A stretch of 59,520 nucleotides of DNA, the filler included, from Stramenopiles sp. TOSAG23-2 (lineage: Eukaryota): assembly GCA_900128395.1 (NCBI GenBank). It is 6 parts of 6 records of this genome, joined end to end, with 100 filler letters (N's around TTAATTAATTAA, not from the genome) between each part and the next. Parts side by side here need not be neighbours in the genome. Positions count along the whole stretch, not along the records: positions 39,768 to 49,594 come from LT650069.1; positions 49,695 to 59,520 come from LT650070.1; 4 more parts are not named here. The stretch is one strand, 5' to 3'. A program made the position numbers and the translations under genes. Below, in pieces: positions 43,890 to 53,918 of the stretch. Under the pieces are notes generated by a model. That model ran no database searches. It was not told the DNA's origin and was given only the letters and a program-made list of their open reading frames with translations. Within the stretch, counting starts at the first letter, position 1. The number at the start of each line of letters is the position of its first letter.

Positions 43890-44303
43890 GCATCATGACA
43901 CTGGGCCAAAAAACCGCTTGAGTGTCCTTTAAATTTCTAATTTTCCAGGCCTTAAGATTTTTTTTTAAGGAAATCGACAAAAAAAACAATTATTTACAAC
44001 ATTTTCTGTTCCGTCCCTCACAATGATATTTACCTGCTAATAACATGCAAAAAGTTACTGCAATAACGTCCAATACGCGTGCCTCTGGGAGTGCTTTGTA
44101 ATTTGTAATCGGTTACGTATATATATGAAATATATAAAGCATCAAATAATCTTCTTTCGTAAAAAAATATCATAGCACCACTACCACATATGTAAAATAC
44201 AAGAGAGAGAGACATTGGACGTACATATACATATATAGATATATATAAACAAATACAACATAGAAATAGAAAATGAATGGAACATCAATCACATGGTGGT
44301 ACG

Positions 44304-45069
44304 ATGATATATCGCCGCCATTTCCATCAGCACCAGTAGTGTCACCAACATCAAGACTGAAGCTACCACCGTTACCAACATTACCTGTACCAATTTTAAA
44401 TGTCATATCACCAGCTTTGCCTCCAGTTGCATCACCAGTTAGTGCGATCTGACGTTGGTGTTAATGAATAATGTTTTGCAGATCTAAGTATTAAATCTCC
44501 ATCTAAATATTCGTGTCCAACAATGTGGACTTTTTCGATTGGATTCAAAGTACCAATACCTAATTTTTCAACATTACAACCACATCTGGTGCTAGTACAA
44601 CTGTAAAAGCTGGGAGTAACATAGCCATTACAGCTTCCTCTGGTAATTTCCAAGCAACAGCTGGTACCGCAATATCAATGAATGCTGGAAGTGCAATATC
44701 AACTACTTCTGGAACATCAACCACATTAAATGCAGGAACAGATATGAACTTTGTTGCTGGAACTTTGAAGATTCCAATAAAACACAAATTGGATTGATCG
44801 CTCAAGATGTGGAAAAAGTGTTCCCAGAGTTGATCCATACGTGGACTGCAACAAATAACGTAGCTAATGAAACCAATACTACAAAAAACAGTACAAATGT
44901 TGAAGAACAAGCAACAGAAGTAGAAAAGTCAGTCAAGGATGAGTTTAAAGCAGTCGATTATTCCAGATTGAGTGCTGTAATTGTAGAAGCAATGAGAGAA
45001 CAAAGATCAATGATGGAAGATCTGGAAGCAGAAATTAAAAAATTAGAAAATCAATTTAACAAACAATAA
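44304..45069. pseudogene. scrambled fragments of a tail-fibre/beta-helix-like gene ending in a peptidase S74 (intramolecular chaperone) domain
   Basis: minus: GDATGGKAGDMTFKIGTGNVGNGGSFSLDVGD and KLGIGTLNPIEKVHIVG; plus: TTVKAGSNIAITASSGNFQATAG..., then in another frame QIGLIAQDVEKVFPELI...AVDYSRLSAVIVEAMREQ plus coiled coil, stop at 45069. Confidence 0.7.
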
Positions 45070-45350
45070 AAAAGAAGAAATGTGTGTGTGTATTAACTAG
45101 TGTTTTAAAACACAATTATATTTAATTAATGCACATAATTTATTTTTAATAAAATCTAAAATATTATAAATACGGTCGTATATAATACTCGTACATATAT
45201 ATAAAATGTTCTCTTACTCATATATTATATATGATATAAATTTCTTTTACTCCCGTTCATTAACATCTCAAATCAAAAATGATTTATAAAGTTTTAGTAA
45301 AAATTATTTAGTATTCAAAAGATTGTTCCTCTGTCTGTGATTCAGAGTTA

Positions 45351-45382
<32 letters not shown>

Positions 45383-45521
45383 TATATATAAAATGTTCTC
45401 TTACTCATATATATATATATATTATATATATATTATTTTATCAAAATAACTATAGCGTAAAAAAGAAATTAAAACCATTTCGGTACACTTTTTATTTTTC
45501 TTCTCTACACGACGTACACAT

Positions 45522-46765
45522 TTACTTGGATAATATTTTTCCTAAGTTATGTGGTAAAACTTGTGGCATTTGCAAGGGTGGTTTTCTGACAGAGATTAGA
45601 ACAATAATATGTAACAAGACACCAAATTTTCTAGGTGTCAACGATTCATCAATACTGATGTTACATAATCTATAAATTTTCAATAATTCTTTTTCTGTAA
45701 TTTTATTTTTGAAGAAACGGGTTTTCTGACAGAGATTAGAACAATAATATGTAACAAGACACCAAATTTTCTAGGTGTCAACGATTCATCAATACTGATG
45801 TTACATAATCTATAAATTTTCAATAATTCTTTTTCTGTAATTTTATTTTTGAAGAAACGAAATGCTTTCTTACCTGAACAAATGCCTGTCTTTTCATCTT
45901 TTAAGTTTACAAATGTTGTATTAATGTATTTTTTTGCATCTTCTGTTGTTAATTTCCATTGACTTTCATCTATTGCTGATATTTTTTTCTTTAATTCTAC
46001 ATCTTCTGCTATAAAAATATTTTTTTGCATATCATTATTAATATTGGTATTAGCAGCTATTACTTTCCTTTTTGAAAATTGATGTGCAAAATTTATTTGA
46101 AATACATCGTGTGCCGGATCGTCTCCATATAATACATTAATATTATTGCTGGTTGACAAACGCATATTTTTCCACACATGACCTACATCTGTTGCATCAT
46201 TCGCACCCTTGCGTAAGCTAGTGGAGCCTCTTTTATTTGATATCTTTTTTTCACTTGACAAATCTAAACCCAGCATTCCATTATTTTTAGCTGTAATGAA
46301 ATTACTTCCATGAACATCATCGAATCTCAGCAAAAGTCGTTTTAATAATAGTAGCAATTCCCCATGTAATTTTTCTATACGTTTTTGTGTTGGCAATTTA
46401 AAATCTTTCTTATTACTCATGTTAATATAAGATTGCTCCACCATATTTTGTACCTTTTCTAATAAACGGTGGGATTCAAAAGGATTATCATTGCTTTCTG
46501 ATATTGCAACAAGCGCTACTGCATTATTTAAAATGATACGATAATGTCCATGGAACAAATGCAAATCATTGCTATCATTTAAAATTAATGATCCATACAT
46601 GTGTTTATTATTACTATTATTATTATTTACATTGTTGATATGTGGTATTACTTGATAGATATTCTCAAATGCTACTTTTTTTGTCATGACACCACGTTGC
46701 TCCACTATTAATGGTGTATATTTATTATTTCCTTGCAACAATAAAATGGCTACACATAGTACCAT
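45522..46765 (-). CDS. longin-like N-terminal domain + C-terminal EH domain protein; true 3' end masked by a 140-bp duplication
   Basis: EH motif WKLTTEDAKKY...TGICSGKKA...LLKIYRLCN...LTPRKF; collapsing the duplication gives ...ISVRKPPLQMPQVLPHNLGKILSK* (stop 45522-45524), which fits the EH P..LP..L end. Confidence 0.7.
45580..45859. repeat. exact 140-bp tandem duplication inside coding sequence
   Basis: 45580-45719 equals 45720-45859. Confidence 0.92.
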
Positions 46766-47347
46766 ATTTTACTTTTATTTTTCTCTCTAAATTCTATCTT
46801 TCTTAAATAGTTTTTTCTCACACCCCCAACGGTGATGTTGCATATTCTTGTTTGCCCTGCATACATTATTATCTAAAATTATAAAAATATAAAATATTAT
46901 ATAAAAAAGATTTATTATTCAATCACTACTAATAACTACGAGGACTATTTATTTATTAAAATACCGAAATCCAGGAAATCACGACGAAATCTGGAAATCA
47001 CACACGCACACACCACCACATCATTTTTATATTAAAAGTACAATGAAATCAAGGTGCGCAAAAAATTATTAAGCCCAAAGCAAAAAAAAGCTATTTTAAA
47101 AAGTTCGCAAATTAAGCGAGATCACAGATTAGCATTGACACAGCACGTATAATAAAATTAATTCGCTCCAGGTTTTTTCTGTTGTTGTTGTTATTTTATT
47201 TATACATACAGGCCTTCTTTGCTGGTTTTTTTGACGATATTAATAATTATAAATTGAAACATAGAAGTGAAAAGATATATATACAAGTATTTAAATATTG
47301 TAACAAGATTATATATATATATATACGGTGTGCGATACACAAATAAT

Positions 47348-48022
47348 ATGAAAATGAAAAATAGGATAATAATATTGTCCATGCAATTTGTTCTGTTTAT
47401 GGTATTGTCGTTCTTAATCATTTTTGTTATATCAATACCACCATCAGAAGAAGAAATTAAACAATTACCTGATTTAAGCAAACCAGCGACAAGAAAAGAA
47501 CTACGTTGTTCCGCTTGTCGAGCAGTAACATTAGAAATTTTTGAAGGATTTATGAAAGCTGATCTTAAAAAAGGCAGTTATAAATATGTAAAGGAATATG
47601 ATCGACTTGAAATCCTAGATGCTGTATGTGCTGATGTAAAAAATGCCCGTGCACATATAATTCATAAAACAAAACAAAATAAATTGCCATTTTATCCATT
47701 AAAAAATTGGGGTTTACAACGCCGTAATAATGTTGCAACGACATCTTTTTCACGAGATAAGACAATAAGCATGTTACAAGGGAATTGGGTGTCTCAGTTT
47801 ATTATTAATATGTGTGGCGAAGTTATTGGTGATTATGATGAAGAGTTAATTTCATTTTATAAAGAAAATGTTCAAGATGATCGTTATGAAACTCATGTCT
47901 TTGTAAATGATATATGTGGAAAAAAAGTTTTGAAGGTATGCAAGCCGGATGATGATTTGCTTGGTGTTGAAGATCTTTTTAAAGTAAAGGCAAGACCTGT
48001 TGAATTTGCTGTCGATCTGTGA
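47348..48022 (+). CDS. Canopy-like (saposin-fold, DUF3456-type) secretory-pathway protein
   Basis: first ATG 47348; signal/TM; LRCSACRAV, EILDAVC, CGEVIGDYDEEL, DIC...VC (6 Cys). Confidence 0.75.
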   Translation: MKMKNRIIILSMQFVLFMVLSFLIIFVISIPPSEEEIKQLPDLSKPATRKELRCSACRAVTLEIFEGFMKADLKKGSYKYVKEYDRLEILDAVCADVKNARAHIIHKTKQNKLPFYPLKNWGLQRRNNVATTSFSRDKTISMLQGNWVSQFIINMCGEVIGDYDEELISFYKENVQDDRYETHVFVNDICGKKVLKVCKPDDDLLGVEDLFKVKARPVEFAVDL

Positions 48023-48288
48023 GATAAACGGGGTGTGTGTAAGTCTTAAAATATTCGTCCGTGTATTTCACTGCAAAAATAAACGTGTATCATAAATATA
48101 TAAAATAATGTGTATGTTGTAAAAACATAATTTTATTTATTATACTTCGTATAAAATTTTTAATATTTTTATTATATAAAAAGATATAGCGCATATTAGT
48201 AATACTTAGCACGCACGGGAAGTAAAATTATTATAAAACTTAGATTTTAACCATTAAAATATTTAAAAAAAGATTTTTAAATAATATT

Positions 48289-49572
48289 TTAACTCTTTTG
48301 TAAACCAACACCATGAATATTAGTACCAGTTGGAGCAACAGTGGAATCAATCTTACCATCTCCAGTTGTATCAAGTGAATCGATTATACCATCTCCCGTT
48401 GTATCATATCCCATCGCATTTGCAATACCATCACCAGTTGTATCAACAGGTATAGGTTTCATAAGACTTTGATTAGTAGGTTGAAATTGATTTTGCAAAT
48501 TTACATTAGGATTATACGGAATTGCGCTAGCTATCGGAATTTGCATGCCTCCTGAAGCATCTACGTCAGGACTGGACTGATAGCTTTGCACAATTGCTTG
48601 TACCATCATTTGGCCTTGGTTTGCGCTTGCTGTTTGATATAAGGTCACCGGAATTTCCACTTTCGGATTTGATATACAACTTCCAGTCATCGCTTGCAAA
48701 CGTAGAACGTATCTTGTTGAAATAGTTGGAGTTTCACAAGTACTAAATTCCACCATAGGTATTTGCATTTGCACTTGTAATGCCGGAGATGGTGGAGAAG
48801 CTTTTGAACCAAAGCCACTATTTGCTTCAATACTGCCACAGCGTAATTGTACCACCTTTGCATTAGACCAACTACCATGTCCTCTTGCTCGGTAAGTCAT
48901 CGCACGCACTAATTCCACATTGACTGAAGTTATCTTTTGAGAACTGTTGTTGGATACTTCATATATAATATTCGCTATTTCATTCGATGCATATGCATTT
49001 TTATCAGTTCGTGCTGCTAAGCTCACATTACCTTTAGCAAAACAACAACAAAAACTTACTTGCCTTACATCCTCGATCATCATTGCGTTTACTGCGTGGT
49101 TTAGTGGTGATAACACTTGAAAAGGGCATGCCTGTACATAATAGACTTTCCCTTTTACTTGTACACCAACAGCTACTGAGTGAGTAATTCGAGCACTATT
49201 TCTTCCTGTCGTGGGTAATATAAAACTGGCAGGTGCATTTTTTGGAACTTCGAATTGAAATGGAATTTGATATTGTCCTGGTGGAGCTGTCCCATTTGGA
49301 TATTGTGCTGCTATCATACGTAAGGTATATAAAACACTATTTTCTCTTGCTGTACGCCTTCTTCTTCTTTTCCCCGAACCACTTGAATATCCTACTGTTG
49401 TATATGCTTCACCTTTCAAATCAATTAATATTTGTTCACATTTAATTGGTGCAGTAATATTAAGCTGAATATAACCAACACACATAGTACCAGCTGTTAC
49501 TGTTTGCTCCCGCAATGCTATTTGACATTGTGCATTTGATAAATCTTTTGGTATTGAAGAAAAAGCACCCAT
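48289..49572 (-). CDS. arrestin-domain protein with three C-terminal DTTGDG motifs
   Basis: LKGEAYT, PGQYQIPFQFEVP..APASF, CCCFAKGNVSL...DKNAY; MGAFSS start. Confidence 0.88.
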   Translation of the reverse strand: MGAFSSIPKDLSNAQCQIALREQTVTAGTMCVGYIQLNITAPIKCEQILIDLKGEAYTTVGYSSGSGKRRRRRTARENSVLYTLRMIAAQYPNGTAPPGQYQIPFQFEVPKNAPASFILPTTGRNSARITHSVAVGVQVKGKVYYVQACPFQVLSPLNHAVNAMMIEDVRQVSFCCCFAKGNVSLAARTDKNAYASNEIANIIYEVSNNSSQKITSVNVELVRAMTYRARGHGSWSNAKVVQLRCGSIEANSGFGSKASPPSPALQVQMQIPMVEFSTCETPTISTRYVLRLQAMTGSCISNPKVEIPVTLYQTASANQGQMMVQAIVQSYQSSPDVDASGGMQIPIASAIPYNPNVNLQNQFQPTNQSLMKPIPVDTTGDGIANAMGYDTTGDGIIDSLDTTGDGKIDSTVAPTGTNIHGVGLQKS

Positions 49573-49594
49573 GATTCTTGTTTATGTAATTGGG

Positions 49595-49694
49595 NNNNNN
49601 NNNNNNNNNNNNNNNNNNNNNNNNNNNNNNNNNNNNNNTTAATTAATTAANNNNNNNNNNNNNNNNNNNNNNNNNNNNNNNNNNNNNNNNNNNN
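49595..49694. other. artificial contig linker
   Basis: N44-TTAATTAATTAA-N44. Confidence 0.98.
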
Positions 49695-49994
49695 CCCTTG
49701 TAAACCAGCCTGGCCAGCAACATCATCAGTAATATTATTATAATATCTTTTTCATCAATTTCTTGCGCAGACTTCAACTTTTGCAAATTGAAGAATATCT
49801 TTTTATCTTTCAACAACATATTATACAATAAGTATTATCTATGACTAATAAATGAATGAATGTTAGAAAATATTATTAGTGGAATGACGAGAGTTATATA
49901 TATATATATATATATATACATATACACACACTTTGATATACAAGCGATTTACTTATTTTAATAATACAAGAATTAGTTTTATAAACTATCAATC

Positions 49995-52900
49995 ATGACT
50001 AAATATCGAAATGTATCATTTTTCTTTATAAGTATATTTATAATTGTAACAGTAATAACAACCATTGTTCAAGGGAAAAAAATTCAACCTGCCAGAATAG
50101 TTAAAAAAAAAAGCAAAAACAGCAACAATGATGATCTTTTAGATATTCATATGCTACCACATGCTCATTGTGACACTGGATGGTTACAAACTGTGCAAGG
50201 ATATTATGATTCATCAGTACGTTCCATTTTAAATACTGTTGTTTCATCTTTATATGCAGATAAAAATTTACGTTTTATTTGGAGTGAAATAAAATGGTTA
50301 GAAATGTGGTGGGGCGAAGCTACTGAGACACAAAAAAATCAAATGCGTAAGATAGTTTCAACGGGACAATTGGAATTTGTTGGTGCTGGTTGGAGCCAAA
50401 ATGACGAAGTTACAACTACATGGTACGATGTAATCGACAATGTCAATTATGGAACGGAATATTTAAAAAAAATTGGTTTGCAAGATTTATGTCCACAAAA
50501 AGGACGATGCGTACGTGTTGGTTGGCAAATTGATATGTTTGCTGGTTACAGCGGTGTAACACCATCTTTATGGGCATTGATGGGATTCGATGCTATGTAT
50601 ATGAGATGGGCTGGTACAGCAGAAATGTTCAAAGACTGGACGGATGTGAAAGGATTTGAATTTATTTGGGAAGGATCTTCAACAAAAAATTTAGCATCTA
50701 ACTTTTCAAGAGGAGTGAATAATCGCATATTTGCACATATCATGAAACATAATTACGGCGATATGTCTGGTAAGTATAATAAATTCTATTCCCCTAAACC
50801 TGATAGAAAAGGACACATCCTCTCTAACACATCACTCATTCATATGCTACGCTCCACAGGCTACGTCGATCAGAAAACAGGATTAAGATTAGATTGGGAC
50901 GATCCAAATTTTGAACAAATACCAGTCACGAAAGATAATATAGAAGCATATGCACAATTAGTGATTGAATTTGCAAAAAACAGGACAGATATTTATCAAG
51001 GACCAATTTTGACGGTATGGGGTAGTGATTTTGAGTTTCATCAAGCACAACCCATGTTTGGTAATATGTCATTAATACACGAAGAAATCAATTCGAATCC
51101 AGAAAAATACGGTGCTAAAATACGTTATACGACACTTGGTGAATATACAGATTTTATTCATAAAACGAATTTAAAATTTAAATTGCGACCATTTCCACAA
51201 GATTTTGAGTATGGATGGCCACATGTCATTCCACAATATTTAACTGGTAATGACACTGTCCAGTACCAAACTGGGGCACCAATTTCTCATGCATCCTATA
51301 AGCAAAAAGCACGTTTAACGTCATCAAAGCATCGATCAGCGGAAACAATATTAACAACAGCATCTGTTAGTGACCAGATCAACGATGATAATGCGAAAAA
51401 GATGGTTCAAGCACTGGAGAAAGCATGGGATGGAATAGGTATAGTACAACATCACGATTCCATGCCAGGAACAATGAGCGCTGAAGGAATGTACACTACA
51501 TGGGGTACATCAGATCTAAATTCAACAAAATTACAAGATTCAATATGCAAAACTAGCACTTGTAAAGTTTTAGAAGATTATACTCATATGTTGGATGTAG
51601 CGGAAGAGGTTAGTATGATGGTTTTAAACAAAGCTGCTACTATTGCTAATATTGATGCTGCTGCTGAAGTAGCAACAAATAAAAAAATGCTAACGACTAC
51701 AAAAAATATTGCAGTTTTTAATAGTCTTGCACATACCCGTATTACAACAGTTTCCTTGCCAAAAGATTTATTTGTCTATGAAAAGGATAAAAACGTAGTT
51801 GTATATGATTTTGATACGAAAAAACCTATACGTGAAGTGCAATTTTCAAAGGATGGTAGGACATTATTTTTTTTAGCAAAAATGAATGGTTTAAGTTTGA
51901 AGCAATTTTCTGTTGAAATTTCTCCTAAAAATAATAATATACGTAGTGGAAAAAAGAATGAAAACGAATTTGCTGCAAAGCTGCCGTTGATTATTAAAAA
52001 CAAAGAAGATTCTTCTTCAACAATTGATCCAATATCAAATGCTAATTTTAAACTTTCATTTGATTTAAATGGATTATTGGAAAGTGTAACTGAATTATCA
52101 AACGGCGTAGTGACAAAAATACAAAATACATATGGTGAATACCATACGACGCAAGGTGGCCCATATGTTATGATTGAAACAGATAGCTCATTTGATATTA
52201 ATCCACCAACATCAACGGAAGTGAATGAAGGTGCATTATATACAGAAATAGTACAACATTTTACAGATTATTTAAAAAATAATGATGGTGGTAGTGGTGG
52301 TGAATTAAGTCAAATCATTCGTATATATCATAATGCTGACGTTGAGAAAAATCAAATCATTGAAGTTGTTCATGAATTACCAGCTATTAAACCAAATACT
52401 GAAATCATATCAAAAATAACAACTGATTTTAAAACAGGGCAACGATTTTTTAGTGCAGATAGTGGAATGGAAATGCATGAAAGAGTTTTCTATCCAACTT
52501 TACCTATTTCTGGTAATTATCGTGCGATGGTTATGCAATCATTATTGAAAAATACCGAGGACGACAGAGCAGTAGCAATCAGTTGCAAGCATACCATGGG
52601 CGCAGCAAGTTTTAAGGATGGACAATTGGAATACATGATGATGAGACGCATTGAAAATGGAACGGATGATCAAGGTCCATGGCCATTAAAAGAAGTTACA
52701 GCAATGACTATTCCTACGTGGATGACGATTGGTACCTTTGATGAAGTCGGTCTAACGCGTATGAAACATGCATTGCATTTACAATATCCATTGGATGTTA
52801 TTACCACATCTAGTGGTACTATTGGTAAATTTGATGTAAGTGTTGAATGGCCAGAGGAAATTCATTTATTATCGTTTCTCATAAGAGATCATTTTGAAAA

Positions 52901-53219
52901 TGGCAATAAGTTGGAGTACGTAGTTCGACTACAAAATGTTGTGGAAGATGGCGCTGTAGTGAAAAATTTGGATATAAAAGATTTATTTCCAGGAAATACT
53001 ACTAATATTCAATGTATGGAAATGACATTAAATCTTCAACAAGAAAGAAATGAGAATGGCCATATTAGGTATACCTGGCCGGTTGATGATGATGATGACA
53101 ATGTTCGTACAAATTTGGTCAACGAAAAGAGAGAGGAAGACAAAAGCAAGGATGAGGATTTTTGTGTCATTAACATTGGTCCAATGGATATAAGAACATT
53201 CATAGTGAAAACTGTTTGA
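49995..53219 (+). CDS. alpha-mannosidase (GH38), lysosomal-type
   Basis: signal peptide; PHAHCDTGWLQT, GQLEFVGAGW..NDE, GWQIDMF, WGSDF, QHHDSMPGT, IGPMDIRTF. Confidence 0.93.
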   Translation: MTKYRNVSFFFISIFIIVTVITTIVQGKKIQPARIVKKKSKNSNNDDLLDIHMLPHAHCDTGWLQTVQGYYDSSVRSILNTVVSSLYADKNLRFIWSEIKWLEMWWGEATETQKNQMRKIVSTGQLEFVGAGWSQNDEVTTTWYDVIDNVNYGTEYLKKIGLQDLCPQKGRCVRVGWQIDMFAGYSGVTPSLWALMGFDAMYMRWAGTAEMFKDWTDVKGFEFIWEGSSTKNLASNFSRGVNNRIFAHIMKHNYGDMSGKYNKFYSPKPDRKGHILSNTSLIHMLRSTGYVDQKTGLRLDWDDPNFEQIPVTKDNIEAYAQLVIEFAKNRTDIYQGPILTVWGSDFEFHQAQPMFGNMSLIHEEINSNPEKYGAKIRYTTLGEYTDFIHKTNLKFKLRPFPQDFEYGWPHVIPQYLTGNDTVQYQTGAPISHASYKQKARLTSSKHRSAETILTTASVSDQINDDNAKKMVQALEKAWDGIGIVQHHDSMPGTMSAEGMYTTWGTSDLNSTKLQDSICKTSTCKVLEDYTHMLDVAEEVSMMVLNKAATIANIDAAAEVATNKKMLTTTKNIAVFNSLAHTRITTVSLPKDLFVYEKDKNVVVYDFDTKKPIREVQFSKDGRTLFFLAKMNGLSLKQFSVEISPKNNNIRSGKKNENEFAAKLPLIIKNKEDSSSTIDPISNANFKLSFDLNGLLESVTELSNGVVTKIQNTYGEYHTTQGGPYVMIETDSSFDINPPTSTEVNEGALYTEIVQHFTDYLKNNDGGSGGELSQIIRIYHNADVEKNQIIEVVHELPAIKPNTEIISKITTDFKTGQRFFSADSGMEMHERVFYPTLPISGNYRAMVMQSLLKNTEDDRAVAISCKHTMGAASFKDGQLEYMMMRRIENGTDDQGPWPLKEVTAMTIPTWMTIGTFDEVGLTRMKHALHLQYPLDVITTSSGTIGKFDVSVEWPEEIHLLSFLIRDHFENGNKLEYVVRLQNVVEDGAVVKNLDIKDLFPGNTTNIQCMEMTLNLQQERNENGHIRYTWPVDDDDDNVRTNLVNEKREEDKSKDEDFCVINIGPMDIRTFIVKTV

Positions 53220-53918
53220 GAGAGTAAAAAAGTGTGTGTGATGTGTTTCTATTTATAATTAAATAATCAGTAAACTACGAGTACTATAAAATATATAAAA
53301 TAATAATACGAGTATATAAATATTACATTTTCCTTTTACTGTATGTCAAAGTGTAATACTAGTATATATACTAGTGTACTACCACTGGTATAGCTAAATA
53401 CTTAATACAGAGGTATTGTGGTATTGTGTAATATTTATTACTCTCTTAATATAAATATGCTATAGATTATAGATATTGTGTATAATATTATGGTATGGTA
53501 TTCTATGGAGTTCAAGTATAAATATTACAGTATATAAATTATTGTCATTTGATAGGAAGATCAGTCAAAATCCAATTGCCAATAAAAATGTTGGTCCATT
53601 ATTCTGGCATTTTTTATTTTTTTTTCTTCTTCATCATTTTGCTGGATTGCACCATTTGTGCATTTGTTGCATTTATTTATTATTATACCTGGTATTGAAT
53701 TTATTTATTATTTAAAAAATTAGGGAGATAGATACATGGATACTGTAGATAAAGTGTAATAGAAATAGAACAGATTTAAAAAAACAAAAACAAAAACCAT
53801 ATTGGAGATTACATATATATCAAAACTATTATTACTACTATTTTATTAAAAGAAAGAACATTATTATATATACATACATATATATATAATTATCCCAGGA
53901 AGAAAAATAATAAAAATC

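Larger units (their letters stand above)
41064..44071. mobile_element. 3,008-bp TIR DNA transposon, apparently non-autonomous (3-bp TSD, GG...CC termini; PIF/Harbinger-like boundaries)
   Basis: GGACGTTATTGCAGTAACT (41064-41082) is the exact reverse complement of AGTTACTGCAATAACGTCC (44053-44071); AAT on both flanks (41061-41063, 44072-44074). Confidence 0.85.
40570..44215 (-). pseudogene. decayed multi-pass membrane-protein gene interrupted by the transposon (pieces 44072-44215 and 40570-41063)
   Basis: removing 41064-44071 and one AAT joins ...STPRGTRI to IATAITFSKK in frame; downstream hydrophobic segments ISPLLISVVFYIVSTVG, LMYLIYGGTFFFLLIIVG and YVFMTLSLILFCKAF are separated by stops or frameshifts. 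Confidence 0.55.

Noticed and set aside
17095-49572. HECT ligase + arrestin adaptor pairing
   Set aside because: Different contigs, and the HECT protein lacks WW domains
9855-49694. Regularly spaced TTAATTAATTAA palindromes as a biological repeat system
   Set aside because: Embedded in fixed N-runs; standard artificial six-frame-stop linker
26604-53219. Glycan-degradation cluster (hexosaminidase, sulfamidase, mannosidase)
   Set aside because: The three genes are on different, unlinked contigs
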